A stretch of 26,974 nucleotides of DNA. Origin: Campylobacterota bacterium (GTDB taxonomy: Bacteria > Campylobacterota > Campylobacteria > Campylobacterales > Sulfurimonadaceae). Shown here piece after piece: positions 9,688 to 17,833 of the stretch; within the stretch, counting starts at the first letter, position 1, and each line of letters starts with the position of its first letter. The stretch spans positions 13,354-40,327 of the forward strand of contig JAYEMF010000130.1 in assembly GCA_034717975.1 (NCBI GenBank), in the 5' to 3' direction. The position numbers and the translations under genes are program-made. Under the pieces are notes generated by a model, which worked only from the letters and a program-made list of their open reading frames with translations, was not told where the DNA came from and ran no database searches.

Positions 9688-10688
9688 TGAAGTCATCGAC
9701 TATGATGCAATTGGCTATCGATGAGGCCTGGAAATATCAGGGTCTGACCTATCCAAATCCTGCTGTCGGCGCAGCGGTTGTTGGAGCAAAAGGTGAACTG
9801 CTCGCTGTTGGAGCACACCAGATAGCCGGCGGACCTCATGCTGAAGTATTAGCTCTTAAAAGTGCCTATCAACTACTTAGCGGTGATAAAGCTGTCGCTG
9901 CCATTGACTCTTCATCTGAACTTCATAACTATCTCATAGCCAACCACAATAACTGTTTTGCAGAATGCACGATTTTTGTGACGCTGGAGCCATGCGCGCA
10001 TCATGGGAAAACACCATCGTGTGCTACGCTGATAACGGAGCTTGGTCTGAAGTGTGCAGTGATAGCACATGAAGATCCAAACCGGGATGCTGCAGGTGGT
10101 AAAACGATCCTGGAAGATGCCGGTATTGAAGTGTACTCAGGTCAGCTGCACGAAAAAGCAGCCGATCTCCTTCTGCCATTCAGACGTTGGCAGGAGGAGC
10201 GTTTTGTCCTCTTCAAGTGGGCACAGCGACTTGACGGAACGATTGATGGGGGCACTATCAGTGATGCAACATCGAGAAAGCTTGTTCATACCATCCGCGA
10301 TCGCTGCGACCTGTTGGTGATTGGTGGAAACACAGTAAGAACCGACCGGCCGACGCTGGATGCAAGATTGGCTGATGGCAGAGCGCCCGATGTTCTGATC
10401 ATCAGTCGTGAACATAGCTTTGATCAGGCTATTCCGCTGTTTGGAGTACCCGATAGAAAAGTGATGATCTCCGATACACTTGAAGTGATGGATGGCTATA
10501 ATAACATACTTATAGAGGGTGGTCCGGGCATGTTTGAACTGACAAAAGAGCTGACAGACATGTACCTCTGTTTTGTGTCACCCAAAAGCGGTGGTAAAAT
10601 ACCGTTTGCAAAAGAAAAAATTGATTTTAAAATAGTGCATACTTATCAGTTGGATAAAGATATTGTGTTGTGGTTAAAAGGGAAGTAG
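9687..10688 (+). CDS. ribD: Riboflavin biosynthesis deaminase/reductase RibD
   Basis: PNPAVGA, HAE and TLEPCAHHGKTPSC motifs; TAATG overlap with rimP. Confidence 0.96.
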   Translation: MKSSTMMQLAIDEAWKYQGLTYPNPAVGAAVVGAKGELLAVGAHQIAGGPHAEVLALKSAYQLLSGDKAVAAIDSSSELHNYLIANHNNCFAECTIFVTLEPCAHHGKTPSCATLITELGLKCAVIAHEDPNRDAAGGKTILEDAGIEVYSGQLHEKAADLLLPFRRWQEERFVLFKWAQRLDGTIDGGTISDATSRKLVHTIRDRCDLLVIGGNTVRTDRPTLDARLADGRAPDVLIISREHSFDQAIPLFGVPDRKVMISDTLEVMDGYNNILIEGGPGMFELTKELTDMYLCFVSPKSGGKIPFAKEKIDFKIVHTYQLDKDIVLWLKGK

Positions 10689-11398
10689 TGGAAAAACAGG
10701 AAAAAATTGTATCGATGTTTGATGAGATCGCACCGACGTATGACACGGCCAATCGTGTGATGAGTATGGGGGTCGATAAGAGCTGGCGTAAAAAAGCGTG
10801 TGACAAAGCGTATGGTTTTTACGGCAAGGAGAACATCGATGCCATTGTAGATGTGGCCTGTGGTACGGGTGATATGATGGACTACTGGAAACGCCGCAGC
10901 GGTGCGCTTGGTATTCCTGTCAGCAAGCTTATCGGCGTAGACCCTTCCGAAGGGATGGTGAACGTTGCCCGTGAAAAATTCCCTAAATTTGAATACCACA
11001 TTTCCAAGGCGACAGAGATTCCGCTGGAAGATCAGACGGCAGATATGCTCAGTATCACTTACGGGATCCGTAATGTCATTGAACGCGAAGCAGCCCTGAA
11101 AGAGTTCAACCGGGTGTTGAAGCCGGGCGGGCTGGTCGTTATTCTGGAGTTTATGAAAAATGAAAATCCGTCACTGTTAGGAAAGATCCGCGACTTCTAT
11201 ATGAACAAGGTACTTCCTCACATCGGTGCGTTTATCTCCAAAAACCGTGAAGCGTATGAGTACCTTCCCAACTCTATTGAAGGCTTTTTGACTGTTTCAA
11301 AAATGCAGGAGGAGCTTGATGCCGCCGGTTTTGACATGCTCTTTACCAAAAGCTTCTCGATGGATATCTCCACTTTACTTATTGCCCGAAAACGATGA
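10688..11398 (+). CDS. ubiE: UbiE/MenG family demethylmenaquinone methyltransferase
   Basis: MFDEIAPTYD, DVACGTGD, YGIRNV, RVLKPGG and YEYLPNSI motifs; GTG start overlaps the ribD stop. Confidence 0.93.
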   Translation: MEKQEKIVSMFDEIAPTYDTANRVMSMGVDKSWRKKACDKAYGFYGKENIDAIVDVACGTGDMMDYWKRRSGALGIPVSKLIGVDPSEGMVNVAREKFPKFEYHISKATEIPLEDQTADMLSITYGIRNVIEREAALKEFNRVLKPGGLVVILEFMKNENPSLLGKIRDFYMNKVLPHIGAFISKNREAYEYLPNSIEGFLTVSKMQEELDAAGFDMLFTKSFSMDISTLLIARKR

Positions 11399-11559
11399 CA
11401 AAAATCATTGGTTTTATAACGCCAAATGAGCAAAGCCCATCTGGCTACGCTAACGCTAAGTTTGCTTCGGCAGCAGGCCCTCGCACCATTGTGCTCTTGG
11501 GTGGCTCGATACAAACAGGTGTAAAGCAGTATCCAATTTCTTGAGTTGATGGCAATGAC
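11395..11559 (+). repeat. Structured ~160-bp intergenic insert flanked by ATGAC direct repeats, with a 49-codon ORF (11395-11544)
   Basis: ATGAC at 11395 and 11555; hairpins TGC-TTCG-GCA, GCAC-CATT-GTGC and AGCC-N5-GGCT; motif shared with the flhB repeat. Confidence 0.55.
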
Positions 11560-12823
11560 TACTCCTCTATCTGTCTCAGCGCTCAATGAACAGATAAAAA
11601 ACCTTTTGGAATCCACCTTCGTGCGTGTCTACGTCGAAGGGGAACTCTCCCGTATTACCTATCATAACAGCGGTCACATCTACTTCACCCTTAAAGACTC
11701 CGGTTCGACCATAAGTTGTGTGATGTTCCGCGGCAATGCCTCCAAGCTCCGTTTTCGTCTGGAAGAGGGGTTGAAAGTCCTGCTTGATGGAGCAATTACC
11801 CTCTATAAACCGCGCGGACAGTATCAGATTAACGCCTTTATGATCGAACCCTCCGGACATGGGGCGTTGGCTTTGGCCTATGAGCAGCTCAAGCAGAAAC
11901 TTACTCAGCAGGGCTATTTTGAGCAGAGTAGAAAAAAGCCGTTGCCGAAAATGCCTAAACGTATTGCACTGGTCACATCGGCGACGGGTGCCGCTTTGCA
12001 GGATATGCAGCATGTGGCGGCACAGCGCTGGCCGATGGTGGAACTCTCCATCTATGATAGTGTCGTTCAGGGTGACGATGCGGCTCCTTCGATCGTTCAG
12101 GCCCTCCAAACTGCCGATCGTGGAGAGTATGATGCAATAGTCATAGGCCGTGGAGGTGGAAGTATTGAAGATCTGTGGGGATTCAATGAAGAGATTGTTG
12201 CAGATGCCATCTTCCATGCACAAACACCTGTTGTTTCAGCTGTCGGTCATGAGATTGACTGGGTGATTTCCGATTTTGTAGCCGATCTTCGTGCTCCGAC
12301 ACCGAGTGCGGCGATGCAGATGATCCTGCCCGATCAGCATGAGATGCTGCAGTATCTTGACGCTCTGATGTCACAGTATGAGAGCACACTCACTCAGCGT
12401 CTGCACCGATATGGCGAGCAGTTGGGGCATCTTCAGGAGAGTTACTCCCGCCACTCCATTGAACAGCGCCTGAAAAACAGTTATGAGCAGATCACACAGT
12501 TGCGCTCCCGTCTTGGAGAGAGTATGGAGTTCAAGCTTCAAAATGCTCATCGTCAGCTTGAACCGCTTGCAGAAAACCTGCAGCGGGGTATCATCTCCCA
12601 AATAGCCTCAAAACAGAGCAGACTGACAAATATGCTTATGCTCTTTGAAGCAAATGATCCTAAACTCAAACGCAAGCGGGGGTTTGCCCAGCTCTCTCAA
12701 AACGGGAAAGTGATAGAGCTCGGCAATTTAAAGCCCGACGATACTTTTGAGGCGATGGATGATCAATATAAAGTGACATCAAGGGTTTTGGATATCTATG
12801 CTATAGGCAATGAGGATGGATAG
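11555..12823 (+). CDS. xseA: Exodeoxyribonuclease VII large subunit
   Basis: LSVSALN, SGHIYFTLKD, RGGGSIEDLW, SAVGHEID and RAPTPSAA motifs. Start could be 11546, 11549 or 11555. Confidence 0.97.
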   Translation: MTTPLSVSALNEQIKNLLESTFVRVYVEGELSRITYHNSGHIYFTLKDSGSTISCVMFRGNASKLRFRLEEGLKVLLDGAITLYKPRGQYQINAFMIEPSGHGALALAYEQLKQKLTQQGYFEQSRKKPLPKMPKRIALVTSATGAALQDMQHVAAQRWPMVELSIYDSVVQGDDAAPSIVQALQTADRGEYDAIVIGRGGGSIEDLWGFNEEIVADAIFHAQTPVVSAVGHEIDWVISDFVADLRAPTPSAAMQMILPDQHEMLQYLDALMSQYESTLTQRLHRYGEQLGHLQESYSRHSIEQRLKNSYEQITQLRSRLGESMEFKLQNAHRQLEPLAENLQRGIISQIASKQSRLTNMLMLFEANDPKLKRKRGFAQLSQNGKVIELGNLKPDDTFEAMDDQYKVTSRVLDIYAIGNEDG

Positions 12824-13448
12824 AAGAGGCTTTCTAAAGCATACTGGCAATATTACCCTGCTATCAATCGCTGCATTCAGTTTTGGTTGCAGCATTCAAC
12901 CGATGGTTAAGTCGTCGGAGAGGATCGCCCTCATTTATGGGACACGCTACGGTGCGACAGAAGATACGGCAAGTTGGATCGCCAGGGGGATAGGTACCCA
13001 GGTAGATGTTCTCAACATTGAGACACTTGATTTTAAGGAGATTGTCTACTATGATAAAGTGATCATTGGTTCAGGTATCTGGATCGATGGTCCGCATAAA
13101 CGGTTGATGGAACTGCTCCAAATGAAAAAAGAGCAGATCGAAGCCAAGCTTATCGCCTCATTTATAGTCTGCGGTACGACGGGTGATGATGAAGCCGGTC
13201 GCTCAAGAATAGAGAGCTATTTTGAACGTTTCCACAAACCATTGGCTATTGAACCTCTGTTGAGAAGACATTTTGGCGGTAGGATGATCATTGAAAAGCT
13301 GAGTGACAAAGATCGCAAACTGCTCAGTAATTTTTACAAAAAAGTATTGAAAAGAGAGTTTGTCAGCTGGGATCGTACCGACCGGGAAAAAGCAGAGCAG
13401 TTTGGTGTTGAACTTCAAACAGAATTGAGCACAGAGGCGATCATATAA
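12816..13448 (+). CDS. Flavodoxin-domain (HemG-like) protein with Tat signal and lipobox
   Basis: MDRRGFLK twin-arginine motif, FSFGC lipobox, YGTRYGATE FMN-phosphate loop, IIGSGIW. Confidence 0.8.
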   Translation: MDRRGFLKHTGNITLLSIAAFSFGCSIQPMVKSSERIALIYGTRYGATEDTASWIARGIGTQVDVLNIETLDFKEIVYYDKVIIGSGIWIDGPHKRLMELLQMKKEQIEAKLIASFIVCGTTGDDEAGRSRIESYFERFHKPLAIEPLLRRHFGGRMIIEKLSDKDRKLLSNFYKKVLKREFVSWDRTDREKAEQFGVELQTELSTEAII

Positions 13449-13501
13449 CTTTCAATCGTCCCTAAAAGAGGCAAAACAGTTCCCAAAAACCACTTTTTTA
13501 T

Positions 13502-13528
13502 TAAATAAGACAAAATTTGTCCTATTTA
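13502..13528. promoter_or_regulatory. 27-bp imperfect palindrome, candidate operator
   Basis: TAAATA-A-GACAAA-A-TTTGTC-C-TATTTA. Confidence 0.5.
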
Positions 13529-13542
13529 TTGATTTGTATCAA
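13529..13542. promoter_or_regulatory. Crp/Fnr-family (FNR/Nss-type) box
   Basis: Exact TTGAT-N4-ATCAA; candidate -10 TACTAT at 13566-13571 places it near -42 (class II position). Confidence 0.75.
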
Positions 13543-13624
13543 TCGTATTGGCATTACATGTTGGTTACTATTCTCAAAATCATTAATAAAGACACTTTAA
13601 GAGGTGTCAACAAAGGAAAGAAAG

Positions 13625-13768
13625 ATGAAAAAAATTCTATTGGCAACAGCTCTATTCGCAACATTGGTTCAGGCAGAAGATATTGTTCATTATGATAAAA
13701 AAGAGGCAAAGAAGTCTACTGTAAGTAAACCGAACCACCCTAGCACTGATCTTTACGGTCAAAAGTAA
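13625..13768 (+). CDS. Small secreted protein, 47 aa (not in ORF track)
   Basis: MKKILLATALFATLVQA-EDIVHYDKKEAKKSTVSKPNHPSTDLYGQK; AAGGA RBS, typical Sec signal, stop 3 nt before the next ATG. Confidence 0.8.
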   Translation: MKKILLATALFATLVQAEDIVHYDKKEAKKSTVSKPNHPSTDLYGQK

Positions 13769-13771
13769 TTA

Positions 13772-14101
13772 ATGAAGATGAAACTGTTTGTTGCACTCTG
13801 TCTGATCAGTATTACGCTGTATGCGGATATTGAAAACGGTAAGAGTGTTTATGCCCAAAACTGTGCAAACTGCCATAGTATTTCGATGAAAGGCGGTCTG
13901 GGACGGGATTTCAATCTTGTCTCTTATAACAGAAAAAAAGAGGATGTGATCAGATATATACTTCAGCCATCACGGATGTATGAGGAGTTTGGCTACTCTG
14001 CAAACGGCATGCCGCAAATAGTCCTGAATGAAACAGATGTTAATGATGTAGCTGAATATATTGATTCGCTGCAGCCCTTTAAAGTGTGGATGAAAAAGTA
14101 A
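13772..14101 (+). CDS. Monoheme class I cytochrome c
   Basis: Signal peptide, CANCH heme motif, distal Met in NGMP. Confidence 0.93.
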   Translation: MKMKLFVALCLISITLYADIENGKSVYAQNCANCHSISMKGGLGRDFNLVSYNRKKEDVIRYILQPSRMYEEFGYSANGMPQIVLNETDVNDVAEYIDSLQPFKVWMKK

Positions 14102-14108
14102 ATCGAAG

Positions 14109-14432
14109 ATGGTCATAGCCCAGCAATTGAAATTTAAAGCCAAAGCCGGAAAAGAGGCTGAGCTTAGAACTCTCCTGAATGAGATGGTAGCACAGGTTTC
14201 AGCTCTACAAGAGTGTCTGAAGTATGAACTCTACCAGTACGAAGAGGAGAGAGTCTCTTTTGTCCTGATCGAGATATGGAAAAGCAAGTCAAAATATCTC
14301 AAATATCAACAGAGTGAATCTGCACAGCAATTCAAGAGTGCAATGGCTGATCTGATTGTACAAGATGACATAACACCCCTAAAACTGACCCAGTGCCTGA
14401 CACAACAGAACTATTGGAGCGAAGAGCCTTAA
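14109..14432 (+). CDS. ABM-domain protein (putative quinol monooxygenase family)
   Basis: KAKAGKEAEL...CLKYELYQ...FVLIEIW pattern; ~100 aa. Confidence 0.8.
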   Translation: MVIAQQLKFKAKAGKEAELRTLLNEMVAQVSALQECLKYELYQYEEERVSFVLIEIWKSKSKYLKYQQSESAQQFKSAMADLIVQDDITPLKLTQCLTQQNYWSEEP

Positions 14433-14476
14433 ACACGCTCATATAAATCTCTTCAGCCAACTCTCTCATCTTAAAA

Positions 14477-14511
14477 CTTGATTGACACCCACTCAACCTA
14501 TATGCTATAAT
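14477..14511 (+). promoter_or_regulatory. cbpA-hspR promoter with overlapping HAIR-like HspR operator
   Basis: CTTGATT-N7-ACTCAAC (14477-14497) vs HAIR CTTGAGT-N7-ACTCAAG; TTGACA 14482-14487; TGCTATAAT 14503-14511. Confidence 0.8.
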
Positions 14512-14550
14512 CTCCCTAAATAATTTTTACATACTTTTCCAGGAACATGA

Positions 14551-15444
14551 ATGAGCAAAAGTCTATACGAAACCCTTGGTGTCTCCTCGTCAGCGAGTGA
14601 AGCAGAGATTAAAAAAGCATACCGGAAACTGGCACGGCAGTATCATCCGGATGTCAATAAAGAGCCGGAAGCAGAAGATAAATTTAAAGAGATCAATGCG
14701 GCGTATGAAGTTCTAAGCGACAAAGAGAAACGTGCCAAGTACGATCAATTCGGTGACTCTATGTTTGGCGGGCAGAACTTTCATGATTTTGCACAGGGGC
14801 AGGGTGCCAATGTCGATCTGGATGATATCTTGCGCAATATTTTTGGCGGCGGAGCTGGCGGTTTCGGCGGCGCTGCAGGCGGCTTTGGAGGCTTTGGCGG
14901 TGCTCAAGGCGGTTTTGGAGGATTTGGCCAACAGCAGCAGGCCAACCTGGATATTGATGCCAATGTCACGGTACCGTTCAGTGTGGCTGTCCTTGGCGGT
15001 AAACATTCGGTCTCCCTGCAGGGTGAAAGTTTTGACATTAAGATCCCCGCCGGTATTAAAAACGGTGAGAAGATGCGTGTCCGTGGCAAAGGGCATGAGC
15101 AGCAAGGGCGCAAGGGTGATCTCTACTTGAATATTCAGATCGCACCAAGCAGCGACTATATCAGAGAGGGTGACGATCTGGTCAAGACGTTTGATGTCCC
15201 GCTTCATGCTGCGCTGTTTGGCGATAAAGTAGCGGTAGAAACCCTTGAAAAAGAGATCACGCTCAAAGTCCCTCAAAACACTAAAAATGGCCAGCGTTTC
15301 CGTGTTAAAGAGATGGGTGTGATGAATCGTAAAAGCAAGGTTCGCGGGGCTCTGTATCTAAAGGCGAATATCGTTTTACCAGCGGTTGACTTGCTTGATG
15401 AGAAGCTGGTTGATGTGATGAAAGAGAAACTTCCAAAAGCCTAA
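14551..15444 (+). CDS. cbpA: DnaJ-class co-chaperone CbpA
   Basis: J domain with HPD, G/F-rich linker, C-terminal domain, no Zn finger; upstream of hspR. Confidence 0.92.
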   Translation: MSKSLYETLGVSSSASEAEIKKAYRKLARQYHPDVNKEPEAEDKFKEINAAYEVLSDKEKRAKYDQFGDSMFGGQNFHDFAQGQGANVDLDDILRNIFGGGAGGFGGAAGGFGGFGGAQGGFGGFGQQQQANLDIDANVTVPFSVAVLGGKHSVSLQGESFDIKIPAGIKNGEKMRVRGKGHEQQGRKGDLYLNIQIAPSSDYIREGDDLVKTFDVPLHAALFGDKVAVETLEKEITLKVPQNTKNGQRFRVKEMGVMNRKSKVRGALYLKANIVLPAVDLLDEKLVDVMKEKLPKA

Positions 15445-15456
15445 AAGGGGATAAAT

Positions 15457-15834
15457 ATGATGCACCATTATGATGAACCGGTTTACCTGATCAGCATCGT
15501 TGCTAAGATATTGGAGATCCATCCGCAGACACTGCGTCAGTACGAGCGTGAGAACCTGATCTGTCCGTCACGTTCAGATGGTCGTATCCGCCTCTATTCT
15601 CAACGTGATATTGATCGCATCAAAATAATTTTGCGTCTCACCCGTGAATTAGGCGTCAATCTGGCCGGTGTCGATATCGCGCTTCGCCTGAAGGATAAGA
15701 TGGAGACGATGGAGCAGGAGATTGCCGAACTGCGTCATGAACTTGCCCGTGCCAAAAACGCGACAACCGTTCCCCCTGAGAAGTCGCTTGTTACTTCGCG
15801 CAGTGTCTACGAAATGATCATCTTTGAAGATTAA
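15457..15834 (+). CDS. hspR: MerR-family heat-shock repressor HspR
   Basis: HPQTLRQYER, RLYSQRDI and ELGVNLAGV motifs. Confidence 0.95.
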   Translation: MMHHYDEPVYLISIVAKILEIHPQTLRQYERENLICPSRSDGRIRLYSQRDIDRIKIILRLTRELGVNLAGVDIALRLKDKMETMEQEIAELRHELARAKNATTVPPEKSLVTSRSVYEMIIFED

Positions 15835-15843
15835 TGAGTCTTA

Positions 15844-17832
15844 TTAGAAGGAAGTGATAACTCTGTTTTTCCCCTCTTCTTTTGCCTGATAGAGCGCATC
15901 ATCTACTCGCTTGAAGAGTGTTTTAGGTATGTCATCTTTTATTATTTTTGTCAGGCCAAAACTACAGGTCATGTGGCCAAATGATGAAAAGAACTCTTCT
16001 GCGATCTTCTCTCTCAGTTTTTCAACGGTAGCAAGTGCCTGCTCCTCATTGATGTTGTAGAGAATGGCAGCGAACTCTTCGCCTCCCCATCGTGCCACAG
16101 CGTCGCTTTTTCGCAGATACATCTTTATAAGGATACCAATACTCTGAAGGGCCTCGTCTCCTGCATCATGGCCATGTCTGTCATTGATCTTTTTAAAATC
16201 ATCAATATCAAAGAGGAGAAGAAAGGTATCACCCTGATATCGTTCAAAATGTTTGATGGCTTTATCAACACGCTCATTAAAATACATGCGGTTTGGCAGG
16301 GCGGTAAGTGCATCGGTAGTCGCCGCCCGGTAAAGATGCTCTTCTTGCTGCTTGTAGGTAGTGATGTCGCTAAAGACAACCAAAAAAGCATCATCATGCA
16401 GGTGTGACGGGATAAACTCCAAGTGATATATCTTCTCTTCCCCTTTGGCAGTATGGAGTTTGACGTCAGAAGGTGCAGCAGCTTGCAGTGTCTCAACGCT
16501 CAAACACTTTTCTGTCTCACCAGGCCGCATTTTCAGGATATCTGTCAATCCGAAAATAGTGCAGAGTTTCTCAGGCGTGTTAAAGGTATCGATCGATTTC
16601 AGTTCGAAAAATTGCAAGAAAGGTTGATTGGCAAAAACGGCTCTTTGGTTTTCGATCATGATGATAAGATCAGACTGCATATCGAGGATAGCGCTGAGGT
16701 ACTGCTTTTGGATATTGATCGCTTCGGTGCGTTCATTGACTTTGATCTCAAGGCTGTTGGTATACTCTTTGAGCCGGTTATCTTTTTCCAGGATGGCTTC
16801 ACCCATACTGTTGAGGTTTGTACTCAGCTGACCAAGTTCATCGGATGTAGTGACCGGCAGACGGGCGTCGTAATGACCGGTTTTGATCTTTTTTGTCATC
16901 TCTATCAGCTGCTGAATACGTTTATGAAGTCCACTTCCAAAAAGAAAAGAGAGCAGGATGATCATGGCTATAACCGATACAATGGTAATGATGGTGGTCT
17001 GGTGAAGCTGATGCTGGATCTCTTCAATTTCATCTGATTCATACGCCAGCATGATGGAAGCATTGGTGCCGGGATCAGTGTTATGCAGCTCTTCGGCGCT
17101 TATGTAGTAAGGGATGTCGTTAATTGTAGCTTCCAGGAATGATGAAGGGTTTTTCAACAGCCAGAGATACTCTGTGTAGGGGACCGGCAGTGTTCCTATG
17201 GTGATGTTCTCTTTTTTAAATGAAGTCGCTGCCATAGAGCGGTCACCGACAATACTGAAATCCATCCTGGTGTGCTTTTTGATGTTCTCCATCAGCTTGT
17301 TGTTAATAGTCAAGCCCGCAAGAACGACTCCCTCGAGCTTTTCGCCTATGACAATCGGCTCAGTCGTATAGAAGACGAAGACATCACCCTGACGGATGAT
17401 GGCAGTGTGAAAGTCCCGTTGCGTATAGGTCTCTTCGACCAGTTCATAGCGGCGCAGATTAGCTGCCTCAAACGGGAGTTGACCTGCCTGGGTTACAAGG
17501 TTGCCGTCTTCATCAAGTATGACAATCTGGTCACAGTTAAGGTCCTCTTGTTTATCGTTGAGGTATGAATGCAGTGTTTCAAGCTCACTGGAGAAAAAGA
17601 GACGGAGTAAATTATGGTCTTCAGCGACATTTTTGGCAAGGAGATTTGTTGTCTGGGTCAGCAGGTCAAAATGGTTCTGCGCCATTGCCCGTGATTGCAT
17701 AAACTCCTCTTTGATGATCTTCTCAATACTCTGTTGAGAGGAGTAGTTGATGATAAATGTTATTGGAAGCAGAAGCATTAAAATCACTATTGAAAAAAGA
17801 AAGGCAAGTTTCAGACCGATTGAAATTTTCAT
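15844..17832 (-). CDS. Membrane diguanylate cyclase (periplasmic Cache-like sensor, HAMP, PAS-like, GGDEF)
   Basis: Two TM helices, DELGQL HAMP motif, TDALTALPNR, DIDDFK, RKSD I-site, GGEEF active site. Confidence 0.92.
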   Translation of the reverse strand: MKISIGLKLAFLFSIVILMLLLPITFIINYSSQQSIEKIIKEEFMQSRAMAQNHFDLLTQTTNLLAKNVAEDHNLLRLFFSSELETLHSYLNDKQEDLNCDQIVILDEDGNLVTQAGQLPFEAANLRRYELVEETYTQRDFHTAIIRQGDVFVFYTTEPIVIGEKLEGVVLAGLTINNKLMENIKKHTRMDFSIVGDRSMAATSFKKENITIGTLPVPYTEYLWLLKNPSSFLEATINDIPYYISAEELHNTDPGTNASIMLAYESDEIEEIQHQLHQTTIITIVSVIAMIILLSFLFGSGLHKRIQQLIEMTKKIKTGHYDARLPVTTSDELGQLSTNLNSMGEAILEKDNRLKEYTNSLEIKVNERTEAINIQKQYLSAILDMQSDLIIMIENQRAVFANQPFLQFFELKSIDTFNTPEKLCTIFGLTDILKMRPGETEKCLSVETLQAAAPSDVKLHTAKGEEKIYHLEFIPSHLHDDAFLVVFSDITTYKQQEEHLYRAATTDALTALPNRMYFNERVDKAIKHFERYQGDTFLLLFDIDDFKKINDRHGHDAGDEALQSIGILIKMYLRKSDAVARWGGEEFAAILYNINEEQALATVEKLREKIAEEFFSSFGHMTCSFGLTKIIKDDIPKTLFKRVDDALYQAKEEGKNRVITSF

Positions 17833-17833
17833 C

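Noticed and set aside
14842..14930. GGCGGYTTYGG repeats in cbpA
   Set aside because: Ordinary G/F-rich linker of J-domain proteins.
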